Shown here: one piece after another, positions 1 to 10,036 of the stretch
Position numbering within the stretch: position 1 is the first letter of the stretch
Layout of the letters: each line of letters opens with the position of its first letter
Position numbers and translations under genes: made by a program
Source of the DNA: a virus
Taxonomy: Duplodnaviria > Caudoviricetes
Direction: 5' to 3' (one strand)
DNA: 64,000 bases
IMG/VR virus record: IMGVR_UViG_3300032212_000003
Span: 1 to 64,000 of that record
The notes under the pieces: generated by a model
Database searches by the model: none
Told to the model about the DNA's origin: nothing
The model's input: the letters and a program-made list of their open reading frames with translations, nothing else

Positions 1-34
1 GGGGAGAGGGGGCGGCGGTGGCCGGGGCGGCAGG
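1..34. other. GC-rich putative genome terminus / cos-like region
   Basis: About 85% G+C in an AT-rich genome. GGGGCGGC occurs twice (9-16, 24-31). It lies directly upstream of the terminase genes. Confidence 0.4.
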
Positions 35-174
35 TGATAAGGTGTGGTTATTATATGCATAAGTAAATGTTATTGATGAGGAGGCCGCGCCCCTAGTATG
101 CCTTTTTGTTTGCAAAATACGAGACAGCGCCCTATAGGTCGTGTGTGAAAAATTTTTAGATTTTGAGATTTTAC

Positions 175-329
175 CCGGCAAATAGCACTAAAAATTACCT
201 CCCGGAAATTTTAAGTATATTTCACCAAAAATTTACTAGTAAATTCAATAGGTTACGGAGCCGGAAATGAGCTCGTAAAAATATTGTAAAAGTCTCGAGA
301 AAATCCCACCAAAAATCGGCCGGAAATTT
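175..329 (+). repeat. CCGG(A/C)AAT iterons, three phased at 59 bp
   Basis: CCGGAAAT starts at 202, 261 and 320 (59-bp spacing); CCGGCAAAT at 175; non-coding region. Confidence 0.6.
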
Positions 330-334
330 CAACC

Positions 335-363
335 TTGACATAACCGCCAAGCGGAACTAAATT
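335..363 (+). promoter_or_regulatory. sigma70-like promoter upstream of terS
   Basis: TTGACA (335-340), 17-bp spacer, TAAATT (358-363). Confidence 0.5.
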
Positions 364-481
364 ACACCCATTAACCGGCCATTATCCGGAACCACTGTTC
401 GGGCCGCGTCCTACTACAGGGTAAGAGTTTCACAGAAGTCTTATTTGGAAGGGCGGCCCAACGTATTAAAGAAAGCACTGC

Positions 482-1111
482 ATGCCATTAGCCAAAAGAA
501 AGCCAATAGACGCCCCGGAAAAATTACCACTTGAACAAGTGGCCGAGGCCATGGCTGCCCATGCAAAGACGCCAGGAACCGAAACGGGAATCCCCGCTTC
601 GACCAAAGCTCCGGCCTCTTCAATGCATGCGTTTGAGGCTGACTTGAATGAAACAAAACAAGACGACTTCGCCCCCTTCTCAGTATCTGCCCTTGGCCTG
701 GCATTCGACACCGTGGTACAGGCCATAAAACGAGATGCAATCCCAGAATACGAATTAGTTAAAATTTTAGATGTCCTGCCAATTCAGGCAGATACTCAAG
801 AATTTGACTCTGAGTTCGATCTGTCTCAGGAACTGACTAACCAACTAAAAGCCCTGCAGTCTATAAGAGACCGAATATTCTCCAGCGATGGCAGAATAAA
901 AGAAGGCAGTAGTGTAAAAGAGGCGAAAGACTTTATGTCATCCAGCGGCAGCCTTTTACAGATGTTGCAAAAATCCAGATCAGAGCTGATAAATATCGAT
1001 AGAATGCAGGCCATAGAAGAGGCCACCATTGATACGATGCGGGAGCTGGGAGAGGATGTAATCGATGATTTCTCAGCAAGACTAAAAGAAAAACTTGACA
1101 GAATAAAATAG
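482..1111 (+). CDS. putative terminase small subunit
   Basis: 209-aa helical protein upstream of terL. Positional inference only. Confidence 0.45.
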   Translation: MPLAKRKPIDAPEKLPLEQVAEAMAAHAKTPGTETGIPASTKAPASSMHAFEADLNETKQDDFAPFSVSALGLAFDTVVQAIKRDAIPEYELVKILDVLPIQADTQEFDSEFDLSQELTNQLKALQSIRDRIFSSDGRIKEGSSVKEAKDFMSSSGSLLQMLQKSRSELINIDRMQAIEEATIDTMRELGEDVIDDFSARLKEKLDRIK

Positions 1112-1120
1112 GAGATAGCC

Positions 1121-1234
1121 GTGGAAATTTTTATACAGCAATGGTTATTGTGGATACTGGCGATAGGTGCCGGGATAGTGATAGTTGGCCTGGCAGTAGT
1201 TGGGATATTAGTTTTAAATGCATTGAGAAAGTAG
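1121..1234 (+). CDS. small single-pass membrane protein (37 aa, not in ORF track)
   Basis: AGGAGA RBS, GTG start; VEIFIQQWLLWILAIGAGIVIVGLAVVGILVLNALRK. Confidence 0.65.
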   Translation: MEIFIQQWLLWILAIGAGIVIVGLAVVGILVLNALRK

Positions 1235-1263
1235 AGAATTAATTAAACTTCAAGAGACTTAGT

Positions 1264-1503
1264 ATGTTTGCGAAACTTTATAATACCCAGGTCGGGCAAG
1301 TGTTGATAAAACTGGATGAGGGACCTAAAGAAGTACCGGAAGTAAGATTCTACTTCAAGCCACAAGGCATGGGAGTGTGCTCAGTGGCTTATACATTCGA
1401 TAAGACTGAACAGGGATATATGGATTGTGAAAAATTATTTCACGAATCAAACGAATTGCAGGCAGAAGCCATTGCCATCGATGCTTTGGAAAAAAGTAAT
1501 TAG
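1264..1503 (+). CDS. hypothetical protein
   Basis: 79-aa ORF abutting terL. Confidence 0.6.
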   Translation: MFAKLYNTQVGQVLIKLDEGPKEVPEVRFYFKPQGMGVCSVAYTFDKTEQGYMDCEKLFHESNELQAEAIAIDALEKSN

Positions 1504-3258
1504 ATGATACCTCAAGCCGAATCCTTCTATGACCGAATAACCGGGGCGCTGGACAGGTCAAATTCGTTGAGAGGTCTCACCGATTGGATCTGTAAACACA
1601 CCCGCCTTGATGGAAATCAATTCTCTTTCAAGCACCATGAATACCAGAAACATATTGTCAATGACCCACATTCACGTAAAAACGTAAAAAAGTGCTCACA
1701 AGTTGGACTTTCTGAACTATCTGTGAGAATAACGCTAGGCTTTCTGGCAATTTCTAGAAGTAAACGTGCAATTTATACACTTCCTACGTCAAGATTTGCG
1801 AGTAAATTTTCCAAAGATCGCTTTGATCCGGTCATTGAAGAGTCCGAATTCTTAAGCTCATTGAGGGTAAGATCAGCTGATTCTGCGGAGATGAAGCGTC
1901 TTGGCTCGTGCACGTTGTACATGAACGGTACTTATGGTCAGGGTGCGGCGATATCGGTACCGGCTCATCTGTTGGTGCACGATGAAATAGATTTCTCCGA
2001 TGGTTCGGTGATATCAACTTACCAATCAAGATTACGACATGCAGAGGAAGACGAATATGGGTTCAAGGGGATTACATACCGGTTCTCCACGCCGACAGTT
2101 AAGGGATTTGGTATATCAGAGGCGTTTGAAAGCTCTACTAAAAACTACTACCTTGTCAAGTGCTCCAGCTGTAACGAGTGGGCAGCGCCTGATTTTTTCC
2201 GTGATGTTGTCCTGCCTGGCTTTGATGGTGATTTATCAACCTTCTCTAACCTGGATGCCAAAAACCCAACATACAAGCTTCAGGAATCGTATATAGCATG
2301 CCATAAATGTGGAGCCAATTTGACTAACGACTTGAGAGATCCCTCAAGGAGAGAGTGGGTTGCCATGTGTCCAGATGCTCGGGAAGCTGGGTGGCAGGTT
2401 AGTCCATATGATGTACCGGTTTACAACACCACTCCCAGCCTATTGCTGCAGGCCGGAGATTATAAGAGAATTGGAGACTGGTGGAACTTTACACTGGGAC
2501 TGGAATATGAAGATGCTGATAACACATTTCTTTCGGATCCGTTTAATAAAGGACGTATTTCTACTTGGACTCCGCCAGAGGTGGGAGCAGCCGGTACGTT
2601 TGCTGGAGTCGATGTAGGTAAAATATCTCACCTTGTTATAGGGCATGATATAAACGGAAAGCCTGAAATAATTTTCTCTGAACGGATAAAGATGACCAGT
2701 GATGTACAGCTGTCAGAAAAGATAAAGCAACGCATGGATCAGTTTGGGGTAGGCCTTCTGGTCATCGATGCCATGCCGGACTTTTCCACTGCACTGACAC
2801 TTATCGGGATGAGTCGGCCCGGGCAGGTGTATGCTAATTACTATCAACAAAAGCCACCAAAAAACAAATTAACCAATTACGTAATAAACGAGGTGGAGTC
2901 CGTAGTATCCTCATATAAGACCGGTGTGTTCGACGAATTCTGTAAACTTCACAACGGTTACAACATAGCTTATCCAAAACATCCTGAGACTGATGAAGTG
3001 GAACGGCATATGAAAAATTTGAAGAAGATAATAAATAATATGGCCGCAACCATAGATGAAGCTCAAGGTGTTTGGATATCTACCGGAGAAGATCACTACG
3101 GACATGCTATGAATTATGCGATGATTGCCCGGGATTTGATGGAACAATTGATAGGATCAGTTGGGTTTTATATGCCGCCCGGGGTGTCGTCTGTGCGTAT
3201 GAAGGATGGGACCGAAAATAAAGATAATACAGTAAAATCGATGCTTGACAGAAAATAA
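1504..3258 (+). CDS. terL: terminase large subunit (lambda GpA-like)
   Basis: Walker A KCSQVGLSE, Walker B LLVHDEID, FSTPT coupling motif, CxxC...CxxC zinc finger, nuclease GVDVG. Confidence 0.9.
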   Translation: MIPQAESFYDRITGALDRSNSLRGLTDWICKHTRLDGNQFSFKHHEYQKHIVNDPHSRKNVKKCSQVGLSELSVRITLGFLAISRSKRAIYTLPTSRFASKFSKDRFDPVIEESEFLSSLRVRSADSAEMKRLGSCTLYMNGTYGQGAAISVPAHLLVHDEIDFSDGSVISTYQSRLRHAEEDEYGFKGITYRFSTPTVKGFGISEAFESSTKNYYLVKCSSCNEWAAPDFFRDVVLPGFDGDLSTFSNLDAKNPTYKLQESYIACHKCGANLTNDLRDPSRREWVAMCPDAREAGWQVSPYDVPVYNTTPSLLLQAGDYKRIGDWWNFTLGLEYEDADNTFLSDPFNKGRISTWTPPEVGAAGTFAGVDVGKISHLVIGHDINGKPEIIFSERIKMTSDVQLSEKIKQRMDQFGVGLLVIDAMPDFSTALTLIGMSRPGQVYANYYQQKPPKNKLTNYVINEVESVVSSYKTGVFDEFCKLHNGYNIAYPKHPETDEVERHMKNLKKIINNMAATIDEAQGVWISTGEDHYGHAMNYAMIARDLMEQLIGSVGFYMPPGVSSVRMKDGTENKDNTVKSMLDRK

Positions 3259-3388
3259 ACGCAAGTCAAGTACCTTGACATCTGCTACACTTGCTCAGAC
3301 CTGATGTAGAAAACGTTGCATTAATTCAAATATGAAGGTTAAATAGAGGCCAATCATGTGGGTACAACTGGAATATAAAAATTAAACT

Positions 3389-4840
3389 ATGCTAAGTTTT
3401 CTAAATAAAAAGGTATCCCTACCAAAGGTACAGGCAGGAAAGGTTAAATCCAGACCAGCTCATGCCTCTGTGAATAAGGGAGAAGCTATAATAAATCCCA
3501 ATGATAGCTACCGCCAGGTATCGATTCAGGATTTAAGAAATAGAAATCAGGTAATACCGGCCCTTAGAAAACTTGGCCAGGAAGATGGAAACTTTTCATC
3601 CTCTGTATTCAGTATGGTCCAGATAGCAAACTCTGGATTCACCATAAAAGCATATACCACCGGTACCAACGAATTCAATCAAGAAGGTGTGGATGCTGCC
3701 ACTTCAGTTATTGCTGCAGTAGACACCCTTTACGACTATTCTAAAAAATTCCGAGATAAACAATCCATAGATGCTGTCATAGAAACGTTACTCAGGGAAA
3801 CTGTACTGACTTCGGGCTGCTGTCTGGAGTTGGTACTGGACAAAGCCAGGTTACCGGATAAATTCCAACCGGTTAACTATGGGACAATAACTTGGAAAGC
3901 AGATGGCCAAGGTGGAAGGTATCCCGAGCAGGAGAATCCTGAAGGCGGAGATCCCATCGATTTAAACATTGCCACATTCTGGGTAGCTGAACTACATAAA
4001 GAAGCTGACAGTGCTTACGGCACTTCCATGATGAAATCAGCATTAAACATGGTTTACTACTATGATGAATTTATAGAAGAGATGCGCAGGGTGGTTAGAA
4101 AATCCGGACATGGAAGATTGGTGGTAACACTTGATTCTGAGAAAATACGAAGCACAGCACCGGATGAGATTAAAAAAGACCCTAAAAAATTAATTCAATA
4201 TATGAACGATATAAAGGCAGAGGTGGAGAGTTCTCTGGCGGATTTAGAACCAGAAGATTCAGTAGTAGCATATGATACCGCGGAGTTTGACACTCAAAAT
4301 GTAGCCGGCGTAAAGGCTGACTACACCCCCATGTTAAAGCAACTCTCTGGAATGACGGCTACCAGTATGAAGACTCAGCCATCAGTCATAGGTATACGTA
4401 CAGATGGCAGCCAAAACCTATCCAATACAGAAACTTTGGTGTATCTAAAGGTTGCAAAATCTATTCAAGGCCCGGTAGAACAGGTGTTAAGCAGAGCATT
4501 AACTTTAGCTGTTCGTTTACTTGGACAGGATGTTTATGTTAAATTTAAATTCGAAGCCATAAACTTAAGACCTGAGGATGAGCTGGAAGCCTTTAAGACT
4601 ATGCGACAGAACAATATACTCAATCTACTTTCCTTGGGAATTTACACGGACGAACAGGCCTACAGTGAGTTAGGAGTTCCGTATAGAAAAGGAGGAGCCA
4701 TATTAAGTGGCACCGGGTTCTGGAACACCGGAAAGCAAGATGAAGCAGCAGGGAATCCAACTGCTAATGACGACCCCATGGGCAGAAGCCTTCAACCAGA
4801 TAACGAAATTCCCCGCAATGGCGGCGGAAGGGACCAATAG
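3389..4840 (+). CDS. portal protein
   Basis: 483 aa, between terL and the head protease; size and position are typical. Confidence 0.8.
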   Translation: MLSFLNKKVSLPKVQAGKVKSRPAHASVNKGEAIINPNDSYRQVSIQDLRNRNQVIPALRKLGQEDGNFSSSVFSMVQIANSGFTIKAYTTGTNEFNQEGVDAATSVIAAVDTLYDYSKKFRDKQSIDAVIETLLRETVLTSGCCLELVLDKARLPDKFQPVNYGTITWKADGQGGRYPEQENPEGGDPIDLNIATFWVAELHKEADSAYGTSMMKSALNMVYYYDEFIEEMRRVVRKSGHGRLVVTLDSEKIRSTAPDEIKKDPKKLIQYMNDIKAEVESSLADLEPEDSVVAYDTAEFDTQNVAGVKADYTPMLKQLSGMTATSMKTQPSVIGIRTDGSQNLSNTETLVYLKVAKSIQGPVEQVLSRALTLAVRLLGQDVYVKFKFEAINLRPEDELEAFKTMRQNNILNLLSLGIYTDEQAYSELGVPYRKGGAILSGTGFWNTGKQDEAAGNPTANDDPMGRSLQPDNEIPRNGGGRDQ

Positions 4841-4848
4841 AGGATATT

Positions 4849-6549
4849 ATGAGCATACTTACTAACGGGTTCTGGCTTGGAGACTTAAGCAGTTTCGAAT
4901 TTATATTAAAGATGGAAAATTCCATACAAAAACGTATGGATGACTCCATAGCCACCGGGCAGAAGTTTGACTTGTTTTCAAACGGCTATGATGATGATGA
5001 CGACGATGATGAGTTTCAAGGCTACGAAGTCGTAAATAACATAGCGGTTATTCCTGTTAAAGGAAATTTAACCACCAACGAAACGTGGCTAACAAAATTG
5101 TTTGGGTTATCAACTTATGAAGGCATCTCCCGCATGCTTATGCATGCCAGTGAGAACTCAGAAGTAAGCAGAATAGTTATGGATACAGATACGCCAGGTG
5201 GATCATCTGTAGGCGTTGACGAACTTGGTTTACTTATAGAAAAAATAGATCAGGAATCTAAGCCAGTTCATGGCTATACCTCAGGTGCAGCAAACTCTGC
5301 AGGGTACTGGATTATATCTTCATGCAGAGACGTAACCTGTACAAAAATGTCCAATCTAGGATCCATTGGGGTAGTCACCATCCATCAAGAAATATCCAAA
5401 ATGCTTAAAGACCAAGGCGTTGAAGTCACAGTTTTTCGTGACGGAAAATTCAAAGCCAAGCCTAACCAGTATGAGAAGCTGGATAAAGAAACTAAGGAAA
5501 TGGTGAACGGCAGCCTTAAACTACTAGGAAATTTTTTCCTTGACTGGGTGGCAGATCAGCGTGGATTTGATCGCTCTACAGTTCGTGCAGATGTCGGTGA
5601 AGGTCGAGTATTTTTTGGAGAGCAGGCAGTTGAGAAAGGATTAGCTGACAGAATAATGTTCTTTGAGGATTTCATGCACAAACTTTATCTGCTAGACTCC
5701 ATTGAAACAGATCAACCAAACCTTAGCAGAATGGTAAGTATGGACTCAGGAAGTAAGCACGAGATACAGCTAAATATGCAAGAAGTTATGTCAACTGAGA
5801 CTATAGAAAATATACTAATTCCAGCTATTGAAAGTCATATGAATAAGGCCGATAGTGTTTTAATTAATACCAACAAACCAAAAGAGGATACCACTATGTC
5901 AGCAGCAAACGCTAAAGATACAGCCGGCAACACTGCTGGCAAAAAGATCCAAACAGCTCAAGGCGAGATGACTTTGGAACAAGTTCAAGCATCCATCGAG
6001 ATGGGTACACTTAAATTAACAGAAGAGTTGAAGTTGGCCATGGCGGCCCTGCAAAGTCCTGAAGACTCAGCGACTGAAGAAGACGGCAACTCTGAAAACA
6101 CCGATACCGAAGGAGATGGCAATTCTGCAGATATGTCATCTGAACCTGGTTCGGAATCAGAAACCAATAATGAAGGGGGTGATCCGGTCGTAGCTCATGT
6201 TCAAGGACAACTGACAGAGCAAACAGAAACAAATGCAAAATTGCGATTAGAGTTGGAGACGGTAAAGGCAAAGCTTGAAACCCAGTCAAGCACCGTAGAA
6301 GCCCTATCTTCAATCGCTAAAGTATCTTGTGAAAAGATGAGTCTAGTAATAGGTGGAGGTTCCATTGATTTAAGTTCAATGGATACAGCTTCACTACTAT
6401 CTCACCATGCCAAGTTGGCTGAAAAGCTTACTGAGACATTCAAGGTAGGCGGCGTAGCCGCTGTTGAGTCAGAAAAAGAACATGCAGAGGGTACCAAAAG
6501 CAGATCAATGTCTGCACCTCTGAACACCGTATCATTCAATACTAAATAA
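4849..6549 (+). CDS. S49-family head maturation protease with C-terminal scaffold
   Basis: DTDTPGG, ANSAGYWIIS (catalytic Ser), GSIGV and G.VFFGEQAVEKGLAD motifs; acidic and coiled-coil C-terminus. Confidence 0.9.
   Translation: MSILTNGFWLGDLSSFEFILKMENSIQKRMDDSIATGQKFDLFSNGYDDDDDDDEFQGYEVVNNIAVIPVKGNLTTNETWLTKLFGLSTYEGISRMLMHASENSEVSRIVMDTDTPGGSSVGVDELGLLIEKIDQESKPVHGYTSGAANSAGYWIISSCRDVTCTKMSNLGSIGVVTIHQEISKMLKDQGVEVTVFRDGKFKAKPNQYEKLDKETKEMVNGSLKLLGNFFLDWVADQRGFDRSTVRADVGEGRVFFGEQAVEKGLADRIMFFEDFMHKLYLLDSIETDQPNLSRMVSMDSGSKHEIQLNMQEVMSTETIENILIPAIESHMNKADSVLINTNKPKEDTTMSAANAKDTAGNTAGKKIQTAQGEMTLEQVQASIEMGTLKLTEELKLAMAALQSPEDSATEEDGNSENTDTEGDGNSADMSSEPGSESETNNEGGDPVVAHVQGQLTEQTETNAKLRLELETVKAKLETQSSTVEALSSIAKVSCEKMSLVIGGGSIDLSSMDTASLLSHHAKLAEKLTETFKVGGVAAVESEKEHAEGTKSRSMSAPLNTVSFNTK
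5896..6549 (+). CDS. nested in-frame scaffolding protein (Nu3-like)
   Basis: Internal GAGGA RBS (5884-5888) 7 nt before an in-frame ATG at 5896; analogous to lambda Nu3 within C. Confidence 0.6.
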   Translation: MSAANAKDTAGNTAGKKIQTAQGEMTLEQVQASIEMGTLKLTEELKLAMAALQSPEDSATEEDGNSENTDTEGDGNSADMSSEPGSESETNNEGGDPVVAHVQGQLTEQTETNAKLRLELETVKAKLETQSSTVEALSSIAKVSCEKMSLVIGGGSIDLSSMDTASLLSHHAKLAEKLTETFKVGGVAAVESEKEHAEGTKSRSMSAPLNTVSFNTK

Positions 6550-6563
6550 GTGAGGAACTACCG

Positions 6564-7007
6564 ATGAACTTTAAATTTTCTCGACTTGTACAAGCAAGTC
6601 CAAATATCTTCTCAGCTGCTTTAGGTGTAGACGCTGCCAATCCATTGGCTGCAGCAGATTTGGAGAAAGCGGTTAAATTAGCCGGCGATGATAATTACGT
6701 GCTATGTGCCAACGGTGATGACATCGAAGGTACCTTAGCAGCTGTTAACCCTGACACTGTAAATGACGGCTTCTCTTTTGGATCGGTAGATTCTGAAGGT
6801 CGTCGAGTAGCTACAGTTGATGTTGCTCAGGTAGGCACCCTTGCAGTAGGTGAGTTTGCTGTAGCAGGTACTCAGGCAGCTCGCGGCTTAGCCGGTGGCC
6901 TGGTAGTAACAGAAGGTGCTGGCGTTCTATATCGCTGGCGTGTAATTAGCATTCTTACAGGTACTGGCGTAGCCGGTGACTCCGTATTAATTGAGCACGT
7001 TAAGTAA
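6564..7007 (+). CDS. head decoration/cement protein
   Basis: 147-aa Ala/Gly/Val-rich ORF between protease and capsid genes; good RBS. Confidence 0.7.
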   Translation: MNFKFSRLVQASPNIFSAALGVDAANPLAAADLEKAVKLAGDDNYVLCANGDDIEGTLAAVNPDTVNDGFSFGSVDSEGRRVATVDVAQVGTLAVGEFAVAGTQAARGLAGGLVVTEGAGVLYRWRVISILTGTGVAGDSVLIEHVK

Positions 7008-7045
7008 TTATTACTTAACCTCTAACCAGACTTGAGGATATAACA

Positions 7046-8239
7046 ATGAATCAAAACGAAGCTAAATTTTCTTTTCTAGATGCTAACGGGGAGAGATCTG
7101 AAGCCACTCTAAGTACCGCGGATTACAAAGGTGCAGCAGATAAAGGCATTTCCTTATCTCAGTTTTTACAGCAAACCCACGGCATGAATACTAACGTAGA
7201 AAAATACGGTACAGTACTTCAGCAAATGATGGCATCATCTGGAATGTTCTTAAATTCAGATCTGTCTACCGGCCTTAAGCCGCCAAGCATGAAGGACATT
7301 ATGAACGGTTCGGTTAACTTCAACATGGGCGCTATTACCCGCCCTGAAGATAATCAGGGCGCAGGTGCACGTTTACTTTTCCCTGAAGTTGTAATGCAGG
7401 TTATTGAATCTGAATTACGCAGTGACTATGGTGACTTCCTGGGCACTTACAACAACATGATTGCACAAACTCAAACTATCAATAGTCCAAAGTTTGAACA
7501 GCCAATTATCGATGTAACAGCTCCACAAGGTGACAGAAATGCACCTATCTCACAGATGGCTGAGCCAGCTATCATGGTCGGTATCACAACCTCTGAGGTA
7601 TCACGTAAGATTTCAACTAAATCTATAGGTTTAATGATCTCTGATGACGCACTGGAAGCTACAAGTCTTGACCTTGTTAACTTGATTGTAAGTTCTCAAT
7701 CTCGTCAAGAGCGAGTATCTATGGTTGAAGGCGATATCTCTGCCATGGTAGATGGTGACGTGGACCGTAACGAAGCTGCACTTGGCTCAGTTTTGGGAAC
7801 AAGTTTTGATGCAGCAGCTGTAGGCGGTGTCATGACTCACGCAGCTTGGATTAAGTACCTACGTGCAAACTATCGCAAAATGTCTATCGATTACATCCTT
7901 GCAGACATCGATACAGCATTAGCAATTGAGAACCGCACAGGCAAGCCTACAGTTAATACAGTAGACAGCCCTAACAGCGCTTTCAGCAATGCTTACAGCA
8001 TCGAGAACTTAGGCGTAATTGAGCCCAAGATCTTGCTGGTAGATACTGCCATTATTGGTGCAAGTACTGTAGTAGGCATTGACAGCCGTAGTGCTATTCG
8101 CCGCGTAATTAACGCATCTGCTTCTTACTCAGCCATCGAAGAATTTGTACTTCGTAAAGCTAAAGGCATGCGTTTTGACTATGGTGAAATGTCTCATAAG
8201 CTTTACACCGATGGTTGGTCTAAGATGACCTTCGCGTAA
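7046..8239 (+). CDS. major capsid protein
   Basis: 397 aa, strong RBS, high-expression codon usage (CGT/GGT), canonical position. Confidence 0.85.
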   Translation: MNQNEAKFSFLDANGERSEATLSTADYKGAADKGISLSQFLQQTHGMNTNVEKYGTVLQQMMASSGMFLNSDLSTGLKPPSMKDIMNGSVNFNMGAITRPEDNQGAGARLLFPEVVMQVIESELRSDYGDFLGTYNNMIAQTQTINSPKFEQPIIDVTAPQGDRNAPISQMAEPAIMVGITTSEVSRKISTKSIGLMISDDALEATSLDLVNLIVSSQSRQERVSMVEGDISAMVDGDVDRNEAALGSVLGTSFDAAAVGGVMTHAAWIKYLRANYRKMSIDYILADIDTALAIENRTGKPTVNTVDSPNSAFSNAYSIENLGVIEPKILLVDTAIIGASTVVGIDSRSAIRRVINASASYSAIEEFVLRKAKGMRFDYGEMSHKLYTDGWSKMTFA

Positions 8240-8252
8240 GTTTATACGCACT

Positions 8253-8290
8253 GAAAATGTGGCCGGGGAATTATACCTCGGCCTCATTTC
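8253..8290 (+). terminator. stem-loop after major capsid gene
   Basis: GGCCGGGG-AATTATA-CCTCGGCC, extended by AAATG/CATTT; weak U tract. Confidence 0.6.
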
Positions 8291-8306
8291 ATAACTGGAG
8301 AACAGC

Positions 8307-8651
8307 ATGTCAAAGAATAAAAGTAAAAATAAAGCACCAGCACCAGAACCTAAAGATGAAGGTGTACAGAATTTATCTGAAAATACTCCGGAAAATATCT
8401 CGGATGATATTAAAGAAATAAGAAAACAACAAAAACAGGCGAAAGATGAAACTGTTCAACTGGAAGATCTCATAAATAAAAGTGAAGGCAAATCTTTAAC
8501 TATTTGCAACATTTGCGGATACCAAAAATTTGATCAAGAAAGCGGTATAATTTTCAAGGCAGGAAAAGAAATTTCCGGAGTAACTTTAAACGCCTGGATG
8601 AAAGCTCAAGTCAGAGCCAAAATATTAAAGATAATGAAAGTGGATAAATAA
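8307..8651 (+). CDS. hypothetical protein (head region)
   Basis: 114 aa, GGAG RBS, overlaps the next start. Confidence 0.65.
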   Translation: MSKNKSKNKAPAPEPKDEGVQNLSENTPENISDDIKEIRKQQKQAKDETVQLEDLINKSEGKSLTICNICGYQKFDQESGIIFKAGKEISGVTLNAWMKAQVRAKILKIMKVDK

Positions 8652-9133
8652 TGGAACGTATATTGTTAGACAAAGGTACCGACACTGATCAAGTAAGGTC
8701 GGTGCTAGGCCTTACTGAAAAAGATCTGTCTGACAAGGATTTTGACGTTCCTAGTGTAGAACTGGAACTTATAATGGCGCTAACAGAGGATGGTATAGAT
8801 TACACCACAGTAATTAGCGAAGGCACCGGTGCTTCTCCTTCAGCAGATCAAACTAAAAGATACAACTATCTAAGACTGTATTCCATTTACTCTTGCGCAG
8901 TAATATTAATTCCAAGATTAAGGTTAGCTGCGGTTCAAAAAATAGGGGATGGAGACAATTCCATGGAGAGGTTCACTAAACCTCAATTTGAAAAGCTTCA
9001 AAAATCTTACGAATCTAAAGTAGAGTCATTCAGGATAGCTTTGCAATCGGCTATATCTGGATCAGCTACTCAAACCACTATCAACTCCCCTCTTTCAGGA
9101 GTCCCTCCAACTTATGACCCAGTTGTGGGATAA
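8651..9133 (+). CDS. putative head-tail adaptor
   Basis: 160-aa helical protein after the capsid gene; positional. Confidence 0.55.
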   Translation: MERILLDKGTDTDQVRSVLGLTEKDLSDKDFDVPSVELELIMALTEDGIDYTTVISEGTGASPSADQTKRYNYLRLYSIYSCAVILIPRLRLAAVQKIGDGDNSMERFTKPQFEKLQKSYESKVESFRIALQSAISGSATQTTINSPLSGVPPTYDPVVG

Positions 9134-9136
9134 GTT

Positions 9137-10036
9137 ATGCAATTGTCCACAGCAGCCGGATACTTCAACGACCACAAATTCTCGACTTATGATAGGTTGA
9201 CAAACACTTGGGACCTTGACGAACTGTCAGGAAGAATAACACCGGTTGATAGATTTCTTTCGAATTTTAGCAGACCTCTTCACAGACGTATGTTTGTGTG
9301 CGATTTAGATACCGTAATCCCAGAATCTTCGACTATAAGATCTGAGGTAACAGGTGACATCTATGTGGTAGGACAAGGCCGGTATGACTCTCAAGTAGGA
9401 AATACTTACCAGGCGCTTTACATGTTGCATCTGGTTAACGGGCTGGCAGGTGGACTTGGTACCTTAACCAGGAAATCTGTTCAAGGACCTTCCAACGACC
9501 CTGGACATTTAGTAGAGTCTGAAATTGGAAGTTATTATATGGATCTGGAATTGAGAGCCACTACTCCAGAAACCGGCACAGTTCAGCAAACCGCTGGACA
9601 ATATTTTATTATGGCTCCTCCAGAATGTCCCATGCAAGAGTGGGACTTTATAGAATTAAATGGAGTTTCCTATAAGGTTGAAGAGTCGTATTTTGATTCT
9701 GGAATGAAATTCTCCAGAGTACTTCAAACCCAGGATAACCGAGTAAATATACAGTACCTTAAGACCGTTTCATTTTCCTATGACAGTAGTTCAGGAACTT
9801 CTCAGGATGTTCCACAATCCTATAACGTATCAGGAACCGTTCATCAATATTCAAAAGTGGTAGCTGATCCAGACAATGTATCAGAAAATGTATTCAATGT
9901 AGTAATAGCAGCCACCGATATAGGATTTGATCCCACACCAAGGGAGTCTGTAATAGTAGACTCAAATACACACGTTATACTTAAAGCTGCCAGAGATCCT
10001 TTAACTAAAGAGTGGGTGCTGACATGCCAGGCATAA
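9137..10036 (+). CDS. putative head closure protein
   Basis: 299-aa beta-rich protein ending in EWVLTCQ, in the neck position. Confidence 0.5.
   Translation: MQLSTAAGYFNDHKFSTYDRLTNTWDLDELSGRITPVDRFLSNFSRPLHRRMFVCDLDTVIPESSTIRSEVTGDIYVVGQGRYDSQVGNTYQALYMLHLVNGLAGGLGTLTRKSVQGPSNDPGHLVESEIGSYYMDLELRATTPETGTVQQTAGQYFIMAPPECPMQEWDFIELNGVSYKVEESYFDSGMKFSRVLQTQDNRVNIQYLKTVSFSYDSSSGTSQDVPQSYNVSGTVHQYSKVVADPDNVSENVFNVVIAATDIGFDPTPRESVIVDSNTHVILKAARDPLTKEWVLTCQA

Noticed and set aside
3265-3300. TTGACA within a GTCAAG-TAC-CTTGAC palindrome upstream of the portal
   Set aside because: No acceptable -10 element at 16-18 bp, and only one short palindrome.
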